The notes beneath the pieces are model-generated. The model was not told where the DNA came from. It ran no database searches and was given only the letters and a program-made list of their open reading frames with translations. DNA of 64,000 nt from Convolutriloba macropyga (lineage: Eukaryota): positions 52,452,001-52,516,000 of the forward strand of contig NC_134477.1 of assembly GCF_964194025.1 (NCBI RefSeq). Direction: 5' to 3'. Shown here piece after piece: positions 50,001 through 63,472 of this stretch. Made by a program: the position numbers and the translations under genes. Within the stretch, counting starts at the first letter, position 1. Each line of letters begins with the position of its first letter.

Positions 50001-53000
50001 TAATGGTTTCTTTTAATTTGAGTAAATTTATAAAAAGTGTCAGTAACTTTTTGAAGTTTGCGCCCTTTTTTATCTTATTTTGTGAACTTGTGGCTCAGCG
50101 CGTTGCTAACAAATCAAATATTTTTTCTGTTGAATTAAACTTTAATTTTTCAACTTTATCGCCGTTTTGTGCCTAATTTAGCTGTTTTCAAGCTGTGGTC
50201 ATAATAGCATTCGTTAAAAATTGTGATTTTGGAATAATACCTCATATTTTTGTGAAAAGTAACAATTTTATTCTGCAACCAGGTTCCATTTGCGTTGAAC
50301 GCCTGCTTCATTTTAAATAAGTAATTTTTGATGTGTTAATAGTTTTTGATTTTAATGGCTTGGACAGAAATTTTCATTGTTCATAAGACATATACTGGAT
50401 AACACAGTCCTCAATGGTTTCCACGAAGTTATGAATGAACCTTTTATGGAGGACAATTAAGTCGACAAAGATGAGCGGGGTGGAAACATTATGTGCGAAC
50501 GCACATTACCGAGCTACCTTGTTGCTATATAGATAGGGTATAATTTATGAGTACTTTCCCAAACTATAGATGAGTTTGTGAGTTAAATAATTGTTACAGT
50601 TTTCAACAAACAATTTTTGGTTCGGTCACTGGAAAGTAAAATAAGTTTGTTGGGTACAGTGCCTTAACACTTATTCGCAGGAAGAAAATATTAAGTCACA
50701 CAAAAGCTGAGCCGCTGTGAATTAGGGATATCAAATTTTGCAAACGTATATAAAAATTCATGAGAAAAATACTGGTCATTTTAGTTGTAATAATCGGTAA
50801 ACAGGTATAAAAGACGATCGTCTGAAGTTTGTGAGCGCATTGCTTCCTCGCATTTTTTTCTATAAGCTTCTGGGCTCTTCTTGACTGATTCCGGACAGAA
50901 GTACGACCTACAATATGCCATTTACAGAGAATCGGAGATTTAATGCCAAGAGATGATTATAATACCCCGTTGCTTATTGTTGAAACAGGTAAAAATCAGT
51001 TTGGAGAATGAAGGAAAATTGAGCATTTTTGTCCTTTTTGTTCCTTTTTATGTTGATCGCCAGGATGTTGTTAAATGGTAATTACTTTAGATTCTTGCTC
51101 AGCGAACAATAAATCTCATATAGGTGCAAATGATGGCCAATTAACACATTATATATTCAATTATAAAAAAGCGATGTCTTCATGGCTTCAACCCTGCGTT
51201 TGTGCACATTTGTTTTTTAATGTTTTGATGTGTTAATAGTTTTTGATTTTAATGGCTTGGACAGCAATTTTTATTGTTCATAAGACATATACTGGATAAC
51301 ACAGTCCTCAATGGTTTCCACGAAGTTATGAATGAACCTTTTATGGAGGACAATTAAGTCGACAAAGATGAGCGGGGTCGAAACATTATGTGCGAGCGCA
51401 CATTACCGAGCCAACTTGTTGCTATATAGATAGGGTATAATTTATGAGTACTTTCCCTAACTATAGTTTAGTTTGTCAGTTAAATAATTGTTACAGTTTT
51501 CAACAAACAATTTTTGGTTCGGTCATTGGAAAGTATAACATGTTTGTTGGGTACATAGTGCCTTAGCACTTATTCGCAGGAAGAAAATAATAAGTCACAC
51601 AAAAGCTGAGCCGCTGTGAATTAGGGATATCGAATTTTGCAAACGTATATAAAAATTCATGAGAAAAATACTGGTCATTTTAGTTGTAATAATTGGTCAA
51701 CAGGTATAAAAGACGATCGTCTGAAGTTTGTGAGCGCATTGCTTCCTCGCATTTTTTTCTGTAAGCTTCTGGGCTCTTCTTGACTGATTCCGGACAGAAG
51801 TACGACCTACAATATGCCATTTACAGAGAATCGGAGATTTAATGCCAAGAGATGATTATAATACCCCGTTGCTTATTGTTGAAACAGGTAAAAATCAGTT
51901 TGGAGAATGAAGGAAAATTGAGCATTTTTGTCCTTTTTGTTCCTTTTTATGTTGATCGCCAGGATGTTGTTAAATCGTAGTTACTTTAGATTTTTGCTCA
52001 GCGAACAATAAATCTCATATAGGTGCAAATAATGGCCAATGAACAGATTATATATTCAATGATAAAAAAGTGATGTCTTCATGGCTTCAACCCTGCGTTT
52101 GTGCACATTTGTTTTTTAATGTTTTGAGTTTTATTTGTTGTTATTTTGTGATCTTGTGACTGAGTCGCACTATTGATTGGTCCAGCTAGAGTTCTGAGGA
52201 GCTAAAAGTAAATCTTTTTGGGGGGTTTTTCTAAAAGTTTATTGTTTTTGTCTTTCAGAAATATTTGTATTAATAAAGTAGTTTTCTGAGCTTTATGCAA
52301 TATTTGTTCTGGCAAATTGTAGCTTCGTCCGGTGAGAGGTTGCGTTTTCTTCCAAATGAGTCGATACTTAGTTGCCAATGCGTTTTTGTTTTTAAAGACA
52401 TTTTTTGGTTTTCATTTTTTTGGTTTCTTGACTTTTCCCATTTTTAAGGTTTTTAATTGCTCTCAAACGAAGTTTGTAGCAATTATATTAGTCCTGTCGG
52501 TCTTTTTTTATGCGATCTTTCGCTTGACCGATTTTTCGTCTGACGCTTTTGACTTTTCGTCCTCAAAAACGGGATAAATAGGTAGCGCCCAGCGGGCATT
52601 ATGTGCTCTTAGAGCCTTTCAGCTCTGTTTCAGCTCAAACTGTTTTGGAGACCTATACTTATACTTATGGTGTGAAGGGCGGTTCTTAGAGGTTGAAGAC
52701 ACCCCCTCTGTTGACCCCCCTCCTATTGGCCCCACCGCGCTGTTACCCCCATCCCAGTGTTCCCCCCCCCAATCAGCCCCTGGTGCAAACCCCCCTCCCG
52801 TGGCTAGCTACTGACGAACAACCGCTTGCTAAAAACGCAATTTTATACTTTTCAATTTTTTTCAAGCTTTTTGAAAATTTTTGACAATTTTTGATTTTTA
52901 TCAGCCTTAGGTGTCAAAAAACCTCCTCGAGGGTTTGATAATAATTTACTGCATTGTTTCTAGTGGTAATGGAATGGTTTCAACATTTTAACATCACGAA

Positions 53001-55980
53001 TTTTAGCAATTTTTTGACAAAACGTGCAATTTTTTCAAGTTTTTTCCTTATTCAGGTCTTTCCAGACTCAGGGGCCAGGAAACATTCTAAGCGATTTGAT
53101 AATAAGTTACTGAAAAATTTTAAATGGCCATGGAATAGTTTTAAACTTTTTAATGTCACAAATATTAGCAATTTTTTGATAAAACTTGTTTTTTTCAAGT
53201 TTTTGAAATTTTATGTAGTTTTTTAGATTTTAGCCTCAAGAGACAAGGAGCCTACTCTACGGTTTGAAAATAAGCTACTGAATACTTTCTAGATTGAACC
53301 GAATGTCTTGCAAAATTTTAACATCACGAATTTTAGCATAATTTTGATAGTTTTTGACAGTTTTTTGACATTTATAGTCATTATTCAGAATTTTTGAGCC
53401 TCAAAGGTCAGAAAGCCTCCGTTGGATTTTAATACTAAGTTACTGGAAATTTTTTTGGTCATTGATTAATTTTCAACTTTAATATCACAAGTTTTTGAAA
53501 TTTTTTTTAAAGAACTTGCAATTTTTTTCAAAATTTTTTGTCATGTTTTAGGTTTCTCTAGCTTCAAGGGCCACTGAACTTCCTCTAGGGTTTGACAATA
53601 TTTTACTGCATAGTTTGTAGATGTAATGGAATGTTCTTCAAGATTTTATTTTCACGATTTTAGGCAATTTTTTTAAAATATTTGCAATTTTCTTTTAATT
53701 TTTTTGAATTTTTTCCGGCAACAGAGGCCCTGGGAACTCCTCCGAGGTTTGATAATAACCTGCTGCATAGTTTCTAGAGTTAATGGGTTGTTGATCAATG
53801 TTTTTTTTATGACTCTTGTTTTAGTAACTTTTGGATGAAATTTAAACTTTTGCAAGTGTATGGATCTTTGAGCCTGTGAAACTGTTTCAGACTTGCAACA
53901 GGGATACCGGATAGTCTCTTGAGACAATGAATTGGTTCTTAAGATATTAATGTCTTGAAGTTTGGCAAGGTTTTGTTAAAATTGCAGTTTTGAAATTTTT
54001 CAATATTTTGTCTTTTTCTTAGTTTAACGACCATTACCGGCCAACAAAACTTTTCAAGTCTCGGAGGTGGGTTACTTGACAGAAATTTCGAGACAAAAAA
54101 TGGTTTTTTGAACTTTTTTATTGCGAAATTGAAAACTTTTTAAATTTTGCCTTTCAGGTTTTCTATATGATTTATTTATTAACAAGGTTAGAAAACTAGA
54201 AGTTGCAGTGTCGAATCCAATCATGGAAGATATTCTTGTCTCTTTTTCGATTAGGGTTCCTTTCCTTCTCTTTCTCGTTCACGTTTTAGCTCTCTCTCTC
54301 TCTCTCTCTCTCACGCACACACAGTCTCTCTTTTTTTGTTGATGTCGCAATTCAGCTGCTGTTATGTGGCGTAATGTCATCTCTGATCCTCATCAATGAG
54401 TTATAGTTGAAATATTTTTTTATCATAAATGATCTAACAGGCATTTTTTTAGGAAATCATTGTAATTGCTCTCAAAAGCAATTTGTAGCAAATATAATAA
54501 TGCTGTTTGTATTTCATGCAATTTTTCGCTTGGCCGATTTTCCGTCTGACCCACTTGACTTTCGTCTTCAGAAACGGGATAACGAGGTAGTGCCCTGAGG
54601 TCACTAAACCGTGGCTAGCGGTTAACGAAGCCAACAGCTCGCCTGTCGTTTGAGAGCAATTCGCCCGTTAGTCGGTTACGTTTGTTATTTTATTACATAA
54701 ATGACTTGTTCCATTTCACAGAAATGTTGGAAGTTTGCAATTGAACGTCGCTAATGCTTTAAATGAAAAATTTTTATTTTTGGATGGCTATGACTTCGTT
54801 TTCTCTCAAAATTAGTTAATTTGTTTTTACTGTATTTGTTGTTCATTTTGTGGTCGTATGATAAATTTTAGATAATGGCAGGTCTGAATAGATTTATGGG
54901 GAGCTAGAAGAGAAGCTTCTTTGAGGATTTCAGTTCATAGATAAACAACATAGATAACGGTTTCTTTTTATATGAGTAAATTTATAAAAAGTGTCAGTAA
55001 CTTTTTGAAGTTTGCGCCCTTTTTTATCTTGTTTTGTGAACTTGTGGCTCAGCGCGTTGCTAACAAATCAAATATTTTTTCTGTTGAATTAAACTTTAAT
55101 TTTTCAAATTAATCGCCGTTTTGTGCCTAATTTAGCTGTTTTCAAGCTGTGGTCATAATAGCATTTGTAAAAAATTGTGATTTCGGAATAATACCTCATA
55201 TTTTTGTGAAATGTAATAATTTTATTCTGCAACCAGGTTCCATTTGCGTTGAACGCCTGCTTCATTTTAAATAAGTAATTTTTGATGTGTTAATAGTTTT
55301 TGATTTTAATGGCTTGGACAGCATTTTTTATTGTTCATAAGACATACTGGATAACACAGTCCTCAATGGTTTCCACGAAGTTATGAATGAACCTTTTATG
55401 GAGGACAATTAAGTCGACAAAGATGAGCGGGGTCGAAACATTATGTGCGAGCGCACATTACCGAGCTAACTTGTTGCTATATAGATAGGGTATAATTTAT
55501 GAGTACTTTCCCTAACTATAGTTGAGTTTGTCAGTTAAATAATTGTTACAGTTTTCAACAAACAATTTTTGGTTCTGTCATTGGAAAGTATAATAAGTTT
55601 GTTGGGTACATAATGCCTTAGCACTTATTCGCAGGAAGAAAATAATAAGTCACACAAAAGCTGAGCCCCTGTGAATCAGGGATATCAAATTTTGCAAACG
55701 TATATAAAAATTCATGAGAAACGTACTGGTCATTTTAGTTGTAATAATTGGTAAACAGGTATAAAAGACGATCGTCTGAAGTTTGAGCGCATTGCTTCCT
55801 CGCATTTTTTTCTGTAAGCTTCTTCTGGGCTCTTCTTGACTGATTCCGGACAGAAGTACGACCTACAATATGCCATTTACAGGGAATCGGAGATTTAATG
55901 CCAAGAGATGTTTATAATACTTCGTTGCTATTTGTTGAAACAGGTAAAAATCAGTTAGGAGAATGAAGGAAAATTGAGCA
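47001..55980. repeat. Tandem triplication of a ~4-kb unit (47001-51025; 51026-51924 internally deleted; 51925-55980)
   Basis: Each unit starts TTTTTGTCCTTTTTGTTCC and ends GAAGGAAAATTGAGCA; copies are near-identical. Confidence 0.93.
49510..49737 (+). mobile_element. HINE-type family A, minimal ~230-bp copy (duplicated at 54464-54690; 5' portions of longer copies at ~47530 and ~52455)
   Basis: AATTGCTCTCAAA / TTTGAGAGCAATT plus hairpin CCGA-TGTTAG-TCGG. Confidence 0.78.
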
Positions 55981-56811
55981 TTTTACATGTTATATTTTTG
56001 CATCCGCATTAATGTGATATAAATGAAAATAAAAAAAATCTTTTTTACTCTTTTCCCTTTGCTCTTGAATCATGAGATGTAATCAAGTGTTTCTAATATT
56101 TTCTAAGTTTTCGGTCAATCTAGCAACAATTCGAGCAATCTAATTTTTATCCCTTTCATAGATGAGATGCAAGCGTTACCTTGATGAAACAGTTTTTGTC
56201 AAAAAAATTTCACATCAGAAATTCGTTTGATTAAAAACTCGATTTTGTCCATATTCGGCAGGTTTATCGAAACTGATCTGTGAAATTTAGGTTTTCGATT
56301 TTTAAGTACCATTGAGCGCACTCCGTGAGTATTTGACTTGCTGAGATATTTTACATTGGAACTTGGAATCGATTAAACAAGATTCCGCTTTTTATAATTG
56401 GGCTCTTCTTTAGACCGTAGATAATGCCCATTTCTGTTCAAAAAACATATTGTTGCAAAAGCCGCCTAAATCTCATGCATTAATGTAGCGCGACGTTTTG
56501 TTTTGAGCTTGGTCAACGTTTGTTGTGACTATTTAGTTATAATTAAGTGGCGAAATGAGCTAGTAGACCCGGCAGAACAATTTATTTATTTTGATGAAAG
56601 AAGCCTCCAATTGCTGATAATTAGCCTCCCTCAAATTATAAATAATAACCTAGATAATAAATAGTAAACTCAAATTAAAGGCATTCTACATAACGCAAGT
56701 CTTTTGAAAGATGCTACAATCATGTCTTAAGGTATAGCTCTCATTGCGTTTCTTTGAAGGGAGAGCTTCTTGATCCTTTGTTTGTTTCTTTAACCGTTAT
56801 TTTATTTTCAG

Positions 56812-57007
56812 GTTGACATTTTGGTGAATAACGCGGGACGTTCTCAGCGCTCAACCTTCCTCTCATGTGATCTGCAAGTAGATCGAGATCTGTTTGAACT
56901 GGACTACTTCGCACAAGTGAGTCTGACGAGAGTTGTGGCCAATCAGATGGTAGACAGTGGACTCAAGGGAGGGCAAATTGTATTCGTCACCAGCGTCGCA
57001 AAAACTG
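56812..57007 (+). CDS. DHRS7: DHRS7-like exon (NNAG motif)
   Basis: VDILVNNAGRSQRS...DRDLFELDYFAQVSLTR...GQIVFVTSVAKT; TTTTCAG acceptor, G|GTATGT donor. Confidence 0.92.
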
Positions 57008-57464
57008 GTATGTTGGTCACCTCTTTTGGAATTGAAATAACCCACCTTGTGGTCATTATAAAACTTTATAACAGCGGAGTTTTGATGTAATGAAGCCACG
57101 ACTGGTTGAATGTTTCGAGATAATAGGTTTGAGGCTTCGGAGCTTTTTATTCGTAAGCACGTAATGGAGGTAGCTAGCACCATTAGGGTTGTTTAGAGTC
57201 TACAATGGACATCTTACATTAATAAATTTCATCCCTCAAAGAATTAGTTGACCAGCTGAATATATTAATAATAGCTGTGAAGCAATAGCTGGGAATATTT
57301 TATATTCTTGCGGCTTTAATTTACAATTTGAGAACTTAAATTGTTTTGCTGCTCGGTCTTTTGTGTAGCTGCGAGTTTGTAGTCTGAGCGTAGTCATATT
57401 GCGGTACTTTTGTTTTTAAATTGTATGGGGCCTTTTTACAATTCCTTTTCACAGTTGCCTTTTT

Positions 57465-57860
57465 AATTGCTCTCGTAGTCTTTTTTATGCAAAATTTTCG
57501 CTTGACCGTTTTGGCTTTTCGAATGACTTTTACGCCCTTGACTTTTTGCGTTTCGCATGATCTAAAATTCTCGCTCAATCACAATTTCAAGCAGCTGAAC
57601 TCAATTGGCGGCAATTTAATTTGAAAATAATTTAATAGTCAAATGAGAAGTGCGCCGAAACTGGTGCCAGTTTTCAGTTTAAATCTTAATAGTGGCATAT
57701 GTTATTAACCTCTAATGTGGTTATTTGGAGCCCACTATTGAACTTCTTAGTCCCATTTAGACTCCCCTCCCCCCGGACTGAAACAGGTTGAAATTGATTA
57801 GAGCTCCTAGTCGTTCGAGAGCAATTCTTCCGACGTTTAGTCGGTTATGTTTACTATTCG
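57465..57860 (+). mobile_element. HINE-type family A copy
   Basis: AATTGCTCTCG / CGAGAGCAATT plus hairpin CCGAC-GTTTA-GTCGG. Confidence 0.72.
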
Positions 57861-58412
57861 ATAATGAGTTTCAAAGGAATCGTTTTTGAATCAGCTTCAT
57901 TGAAGTGAAATTGAAGCAGGAGTTGAGAAGCGTGATCAAGATTGTAGTTTATTGACTGTTGAACTAATTTGAAGAGTGGAGTGAACAGAGGATGATTTTT
58001 TTTCAGTCCGGTGTTTTCCAGAGAGCGAGAAAATCGGGGCGTGAAAAAGTTCTGTAAGCAAGCAAATTTGTTGTAACTTTTTCAGGAGTTTTTAGTAAAC
58101 TGTTTCCAGTACACTGTTTTCAGTACACTATTGTTTTTGTAATAGATTCTAGTAATAATATTACGCTAGTGTTGGATAGCGCTCTGAAGTTTATTCATTT
58201 GAAATGATTTATCAGGTCGTTTCTTGATCTGTACTCGGTCTAAAAATCTTTGAATTGTTGTCCAGGTTTGTCTAACTAAATTTTCGGTTTCATCGTCGGA
58301 CATTTTACAATTTTAAACGCCGTAAAATAAAAAACGCTATGTTCGCACGTTTGCGACGCTTTTTTCACTGCACTCCTTCTGCTTTTTGGGTCTTATATAA
58401 AAAAATGTTATT

Positions 58413-59760
58413 AATAGCCGTCGTCAGCCTCTCAACGGCTACTATTTAGGCGCTCTCTTTTTTTACAATTCAAATAGTTTGAATTGTATTGGGGCGCTGT
58501 CTTTTTTGCGACTCGAATAGGAGTATTGGAGAAGTCTTTTTTTAAAATCAATTTTATTGGAGTGAATTTTGAAGCAGGAAATGAAACACGTGAAAAACTT
58601 TGGAGTGATTTTGTTGCTGAACAAAATTTTGTTGCTGGAGCGAAAAGAGTGTTTTTTTGTTCATATCGCTTTTTTCTAGAGAGTGAGAAATAGGTGTAAA
58701 AAAAATTCTGTAATCGAGCGAATTTTTTTGTTCTTGTGCGGCATTTTAAAGCATTTTTTTTTTCAATTTTTTGCTTGAGAGAATGGGTCATGATTTTGTT
58801 TTAATTTCAGGCTGGTTTTGGTAGTGGTTTAAAGGTTTCTGAAAATTTTTAATTCTCAATCGGAGGTTTTTAATGTATTTTTCTGATTTTTGGGCTGTTT
58901 TTTTGCGATTTTTTAACGATTGCTTTGTTTTACTGCCTCAAATGGGTATTGAAAAGACCCCTATTACTTGAGCAATATTTAGATAAAGTTGTTACAGTTT
59001 TGTGGTTATGAAGCATTTTTTTGTTGAGAAATATAATAAAAAATGGCGAAGATTGAAGCTATTTTTTGTTTTTTTTTGCAGTTTTCGTTTTTTGTTCTGT
59101 ATTTTAGACAAGTTTGTTAGCCTATTGTGCCTTGCCTATTTTTTTTTGAGCATCTGGATGTCCTATTGGCTGAAAGGAATATTTCTTTGAATTTATGTGC
59201 ATTTGTAATATTAACAAATTTGTTAACTTTTTCCAGTTTTTTTTTATGATTAGGCTTCAAGTATTTATGAAAATTCTCATAAATGTTTTTACTAGGTACT
59301 AGTTGTTTCGATGAAGTAATTATGGCATTGATCGCTAGTTCGGGATCTCACTTTATGAAAAATTTGATCCGATTTTTTATCGTATTTTAAAAGATTTGAT
59401 TTTCTTTTTTTTTCTTTTTGTTTTGTGGTTTTGTTTCAAGATATTCATAAATTAGTGGATGCACGCTTTGTCTGATGAGTGTTTTTTAAATGTTACTTAA
59501 AAGTCATAGTGCATTAGGTTATCTAAGTTCTTTAGAGAGATTGCTATCTGGTATTAGTATTAATCTTAATAGCTTTCAGTTTAGAAGCTGAATTAAGTAT
59601 AGTTTTAGAATCTAACAAACTGCGCACCAATTTATAAAAGTTTTTGACAATTCGAAAAAATGTCGGTCAATTTCTAACTTTTTTTTCTTTTTCTGTGCCA
59701 ATTCCGATGTGCGTCAAACGCGTCAACGACGGCTTTTTTTCCGGCAACTTGCCGGCTATG
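58413..59760 (+). mobile_element. HINE-type family B copy carrying a 3'-truncated family C element
   Basis: 5' AATAGCCGTCGT; 3' ACGACGGCTTTT plus hairpin CCGGCAA-C-TTGCCGG; GCGACTCGAATAGGAGTATT at ~58509. Confidence 0.8.
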
Positions 59761-60945
59761 ATTGCTTAAATTTGTGCGTACCCCTGATTGCTAAAATTTT
59801 GACAATCTAACAGCTTCATAGGTTTTATGTGGCTAGTTTGTTAAGTGTTATTAGTTTGGTGTTTGTGTGATTAGGATTCTTTTGTATTGTTGCTCTTGCG
59901 TTTAGTCGGTCAAAAGTTGATTGAAACTCGTGCTTTTTCCATATGTGACTCGTTACTTTCATTTTGAAGAACTTAAAGTTACTTTTATTTTTATTATTTG
60001 GTCAGAAACGAAATTTGTTGCAATTATATTAGTCCTTAGATTTCATTATTAATAAATTTGACCCCCCTCAGTCGCCCCCACCAGTCACCCTGCCGTCCAC
60101 CTGATACTTTGAACGCCCAAACCTCGTCCAGTCCTACCAAGCCAGCCCCCCCCCACTTGATCTCAACTCCAGACCCACCCCAATGCTAGCATTCCCAAGC
60201 CTCGCCTCAGCAGGCTAATGTCGAAGCCAGCAAGCGTTCGCCTGTCGTTTGAGAGCAATTCACTCGACGTTAGTCGTTCGTGTTTTTTTAATCTGTTTTG
60301 TTTTAAAGTAAAACTTTAATTTTTATCGGTTAAGGTTTCTTGTCGCTTTTCATTGTAGGGTATGGATGAAAACAAAATTTGCGGAAATTTTCAGCAATTT
60401 GTTTCTCCTTTTTGATGTTTTTGGAACTATTTCTTGCTGCCTAATTTTTTATTTGTACTTTTCAGGATAGTTTTTTTCTGCTATCTGGAGGATTGATTTT
60501 AATGTTTAAAGAAGACTCTTGACAGTTATATGAGCCACTTTTTTGAAAAAAAATTATGCTCGTTGTCTTTTACATGTTTGTTTAGTGTTTGTCTCAATGA
60601 GTTAGAAATGAAATGCTTATTTGTCGGGGTGGGAAATATCTCATCAGAAAAGGTCAACAATGTAAAAAGTTAAGCAGATCACTAACTTGAAATCTAGAGG
60701 GTAAAATGAAAAACTAAGTATGACGTATGTAGGTTTACTGCATTCAATACAAGTACATGTGTGACATATTCAAAGGTTATCTTAAGGTGTGTTGAGAATG
60801 CTGCTCAGTTCACATCTTTTTACTTGTGTTTGAAATAGTTTTCCATATTTCAATGTTTTTTCCATGAGCTCTGTCATTCTGGATTCACTTGAGATGATTT
60901 CGTAAATAAGGTTAAGTTTGATAATCAAAATGAGTTGTGTTACAG

Positions 60946-60992
60946 GAGCACCCTTCCAGTCAGCCTATTGTGCAGCCAAAGCAGCTCTCCAT
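60946..60992 (+). CDS. DHRS7: DHRS7-like exon (catalytic YxxxK)
   Basis: GAPFQSAYCAAKAALH; TTACAG acceptor, GTAAGT donor, phases consistent. Confidence 0.92.
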
Positions 60993-61828
60993 GTAAGTTC
61001 ACTTATTTTACCTTTTCTTTCATCTCCTCTGTTAGTGGAACTGTCTACTGTGCAAAATTTCATCCGTGAACAAAAGTTCAAAATCTCATGTTTTCATAAG
61101 CCCGTATGAACAAACAATACGAGTAATAAGAGGTTTTTTTTACTGTTAACTGTTTATTTATAGAATAAGACTGGTACTGGTCAAAACAATAGAAACACAG
61201 CATTATCAAGTAAGAATATCATTCATAGATATCACTCGGGATCAGGCACTTCGGTCTTTGTTAACATCTTTATATTTTACTTTGAGTTTCAAATTTGAGG
61301 TGTCCTATATATAATAAAGTTCAAAGACGAAGTGGGTTGGAGAAACCTTATTTGATCATCTGTATTTTTTTTTATCAAACTCCATTTGACTGGTACTGGT
61401 TGTGAATCCTGACAAATTGTATTTTCTTAATACGCAAAGGGTTTAATTTTTATAGTCTCCATTATGGAATAATAACGGTAGTGGGAGTGCATATAATATA
61501 TGACCACAAATATGACATTCCTGACTTCCGTCAAAAAATTTTATTTGAAGTATAGACAGAAATTCATCTAGTGGCAAATTAGGGCGCCTCCTTTGACTTA
61601 TTCAAGAATTTGTAAACGAAATATTAATTTGTACAGCTTGAGTGTTATGTTGAAAACCATCAGCAGTCTCTTGGCGATTGTGAAGCGACTTTTGACATTG
61701 TGTTGTGGTGTGAATCTTCAATATTAGTTGATGTTGCTTTCAAAGAATGCACAATTAGAAGTTTTCAGCCATATCTACCGTAGAGCGAGGTAATTTTCAT
61801 TTGTTTTAAGTGGTGTGTGTTTTTTCAG

Positions 61829-61948
61829 GGTGCGTTCGAGAGTGTGCGTGTTGAGTTGAACAGTGCTGGCATCAATGTCCTCTTTGCTGTGCCTGGTCCT
61901 GTCGAATCCAAAATCTCCGAAAACGCGTTCACAAGCACACCAGGACAG
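61829..61948 (+). CDS. DHRS7: DHRS7-like exon; the gene continues beyond the window
   Basis: GAFESVRVELNSAGINVLFAVPGPVESKISENAFTSTPGQ; TTTTTCAG acceptor, CAG|GTAATG donor. Confidence 0.92.
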
Positions 61949-62817
61949 GTAATGTGTCATCACACCACTCCTACAATTTTACAAATACAGAATATCTATC
62001 GTCTAGAAATTAGCCACGAAGGAGAAGCTGAGGTTATCGATCTCATCGTGATTTTCTTAACTTTTACTCATGATGATTGATTGATTGATCCCATCGTAAT
62101 TTTTCGAAGATGAGTTATCGTGATCTTCGGGTTTTAGTTTGTTAGTTTATCGCGAAGGAAGCGTGACGCAATCAATTCCTGCAATTCGTGTTTTTATACA
62201 ATAATTTAGCTGGACCAATTTTGTCTTTTTTCATAAATATTTTTGCTGGACTCTTGGACTTTAAGTGTGTTCTAAATTGCTGTCATTCAGATTATTAAGA
62301 GGACCTGAATGCAATTGGAGGTAGTTTAATTTTGCAATTGGAGGCAGTTTAAATGTAAAATTGTGACATTTATTCTTTTTTAATTGCTCTCAAAAGTTAA
62401 GCAATTATTTTATTCCTGTGGTCTTTTTATACGGTTTTTCGCTGGACCGATTTTTCACCTGACTCATTTGACTTTTCGTCCTGGAAAACGGGATAAACAG
62501 GCAACGCCCGGGGGAATTGGTTCTCTTAGAACCTTTGGGCGATTTACTAAATATGCGATTCACTTAAACTGTTTTGGAGATATAACTTCATGGTGTGGAA
62601 GGCTGTTCTTCCCCAATTTCAGCCCCTGACCTCACATGAGCCCTTCCACCACCCCGTGAACATCATTCCAACGGTAACCCAGCGCGCTCAGCCCTATACC
62701 CTTTGCCACCCCCCCCCCCGCGCTTATGTACGTTTCGCAGCGTAATAGTGTGTTAGTTACATTTATTTTTCTCTCTCTGTATCAAAATGTTTTTGATTTA
62801 TCAATAGGTAAATTATT

Positions 62818-63328
62818 AATAGCCGCGAAGCGATAGCTGAGGCTTTTATTGGCCTTCTCTTGGTTTTTTATTTATTTCGTCGTCACGATTTTTGTTACGA
62901 CCATATGACGTCACAACCACTTCAAATCTGCTTTTTGTTCATTCGTTCATGCAATTTCAACTGAAATGCGTGCGTGACATCATTTTTCACTCATAGTGGA
63001 GCTAGTTTTTTGTTGATTCGCGTGATTAAATTTTTGGTCACGTGACTTACCTCACTCTTAAAAATGACTTCCACACTGAAATTGACTTTTCTTTGCTTTA
63101 ATTCAAAGAGATAAGGTCAAATGAGTGCTTGTAACTCTAATTGAAAGTTAATTAAAAGCAGCTAATAGAAACAGCAGTAAGTTATACAAGATTTTTAATT
63201 AAAATTTAACATCTTAGCCCTTAATGAAAAGAATAAGTTTCTTTTTTGGTCTGTCTTTTGTACCTTCTTTTTGAGACTACAGATCTATGAAGCTATTGCG
63301 GCTATTTTCTGGCAATTTGCCAGCTATG
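62818..63328 (+). mobile_element. HINE-type family B variant
   Basis: 5' AATAGCCGC; 3' GCGGCTATT plus hairpin CTGGCAA-T-TTGCCAG; internal part shared with 42160-42420. Confidence 0.78.
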
Positions 63329-63472
63329 TTTTGAAGTGGTTTTCGTCTTGCGTGATCTTAATTTCTTTCTCATTGCAAAACACCTGTAGCTGAACTCGAG
63401 TGGCGACACTTTGACTACTGAAATTCAAAAAAAATATACCAAAATTGGTGTTATTTTTGCACTTAGATTATT

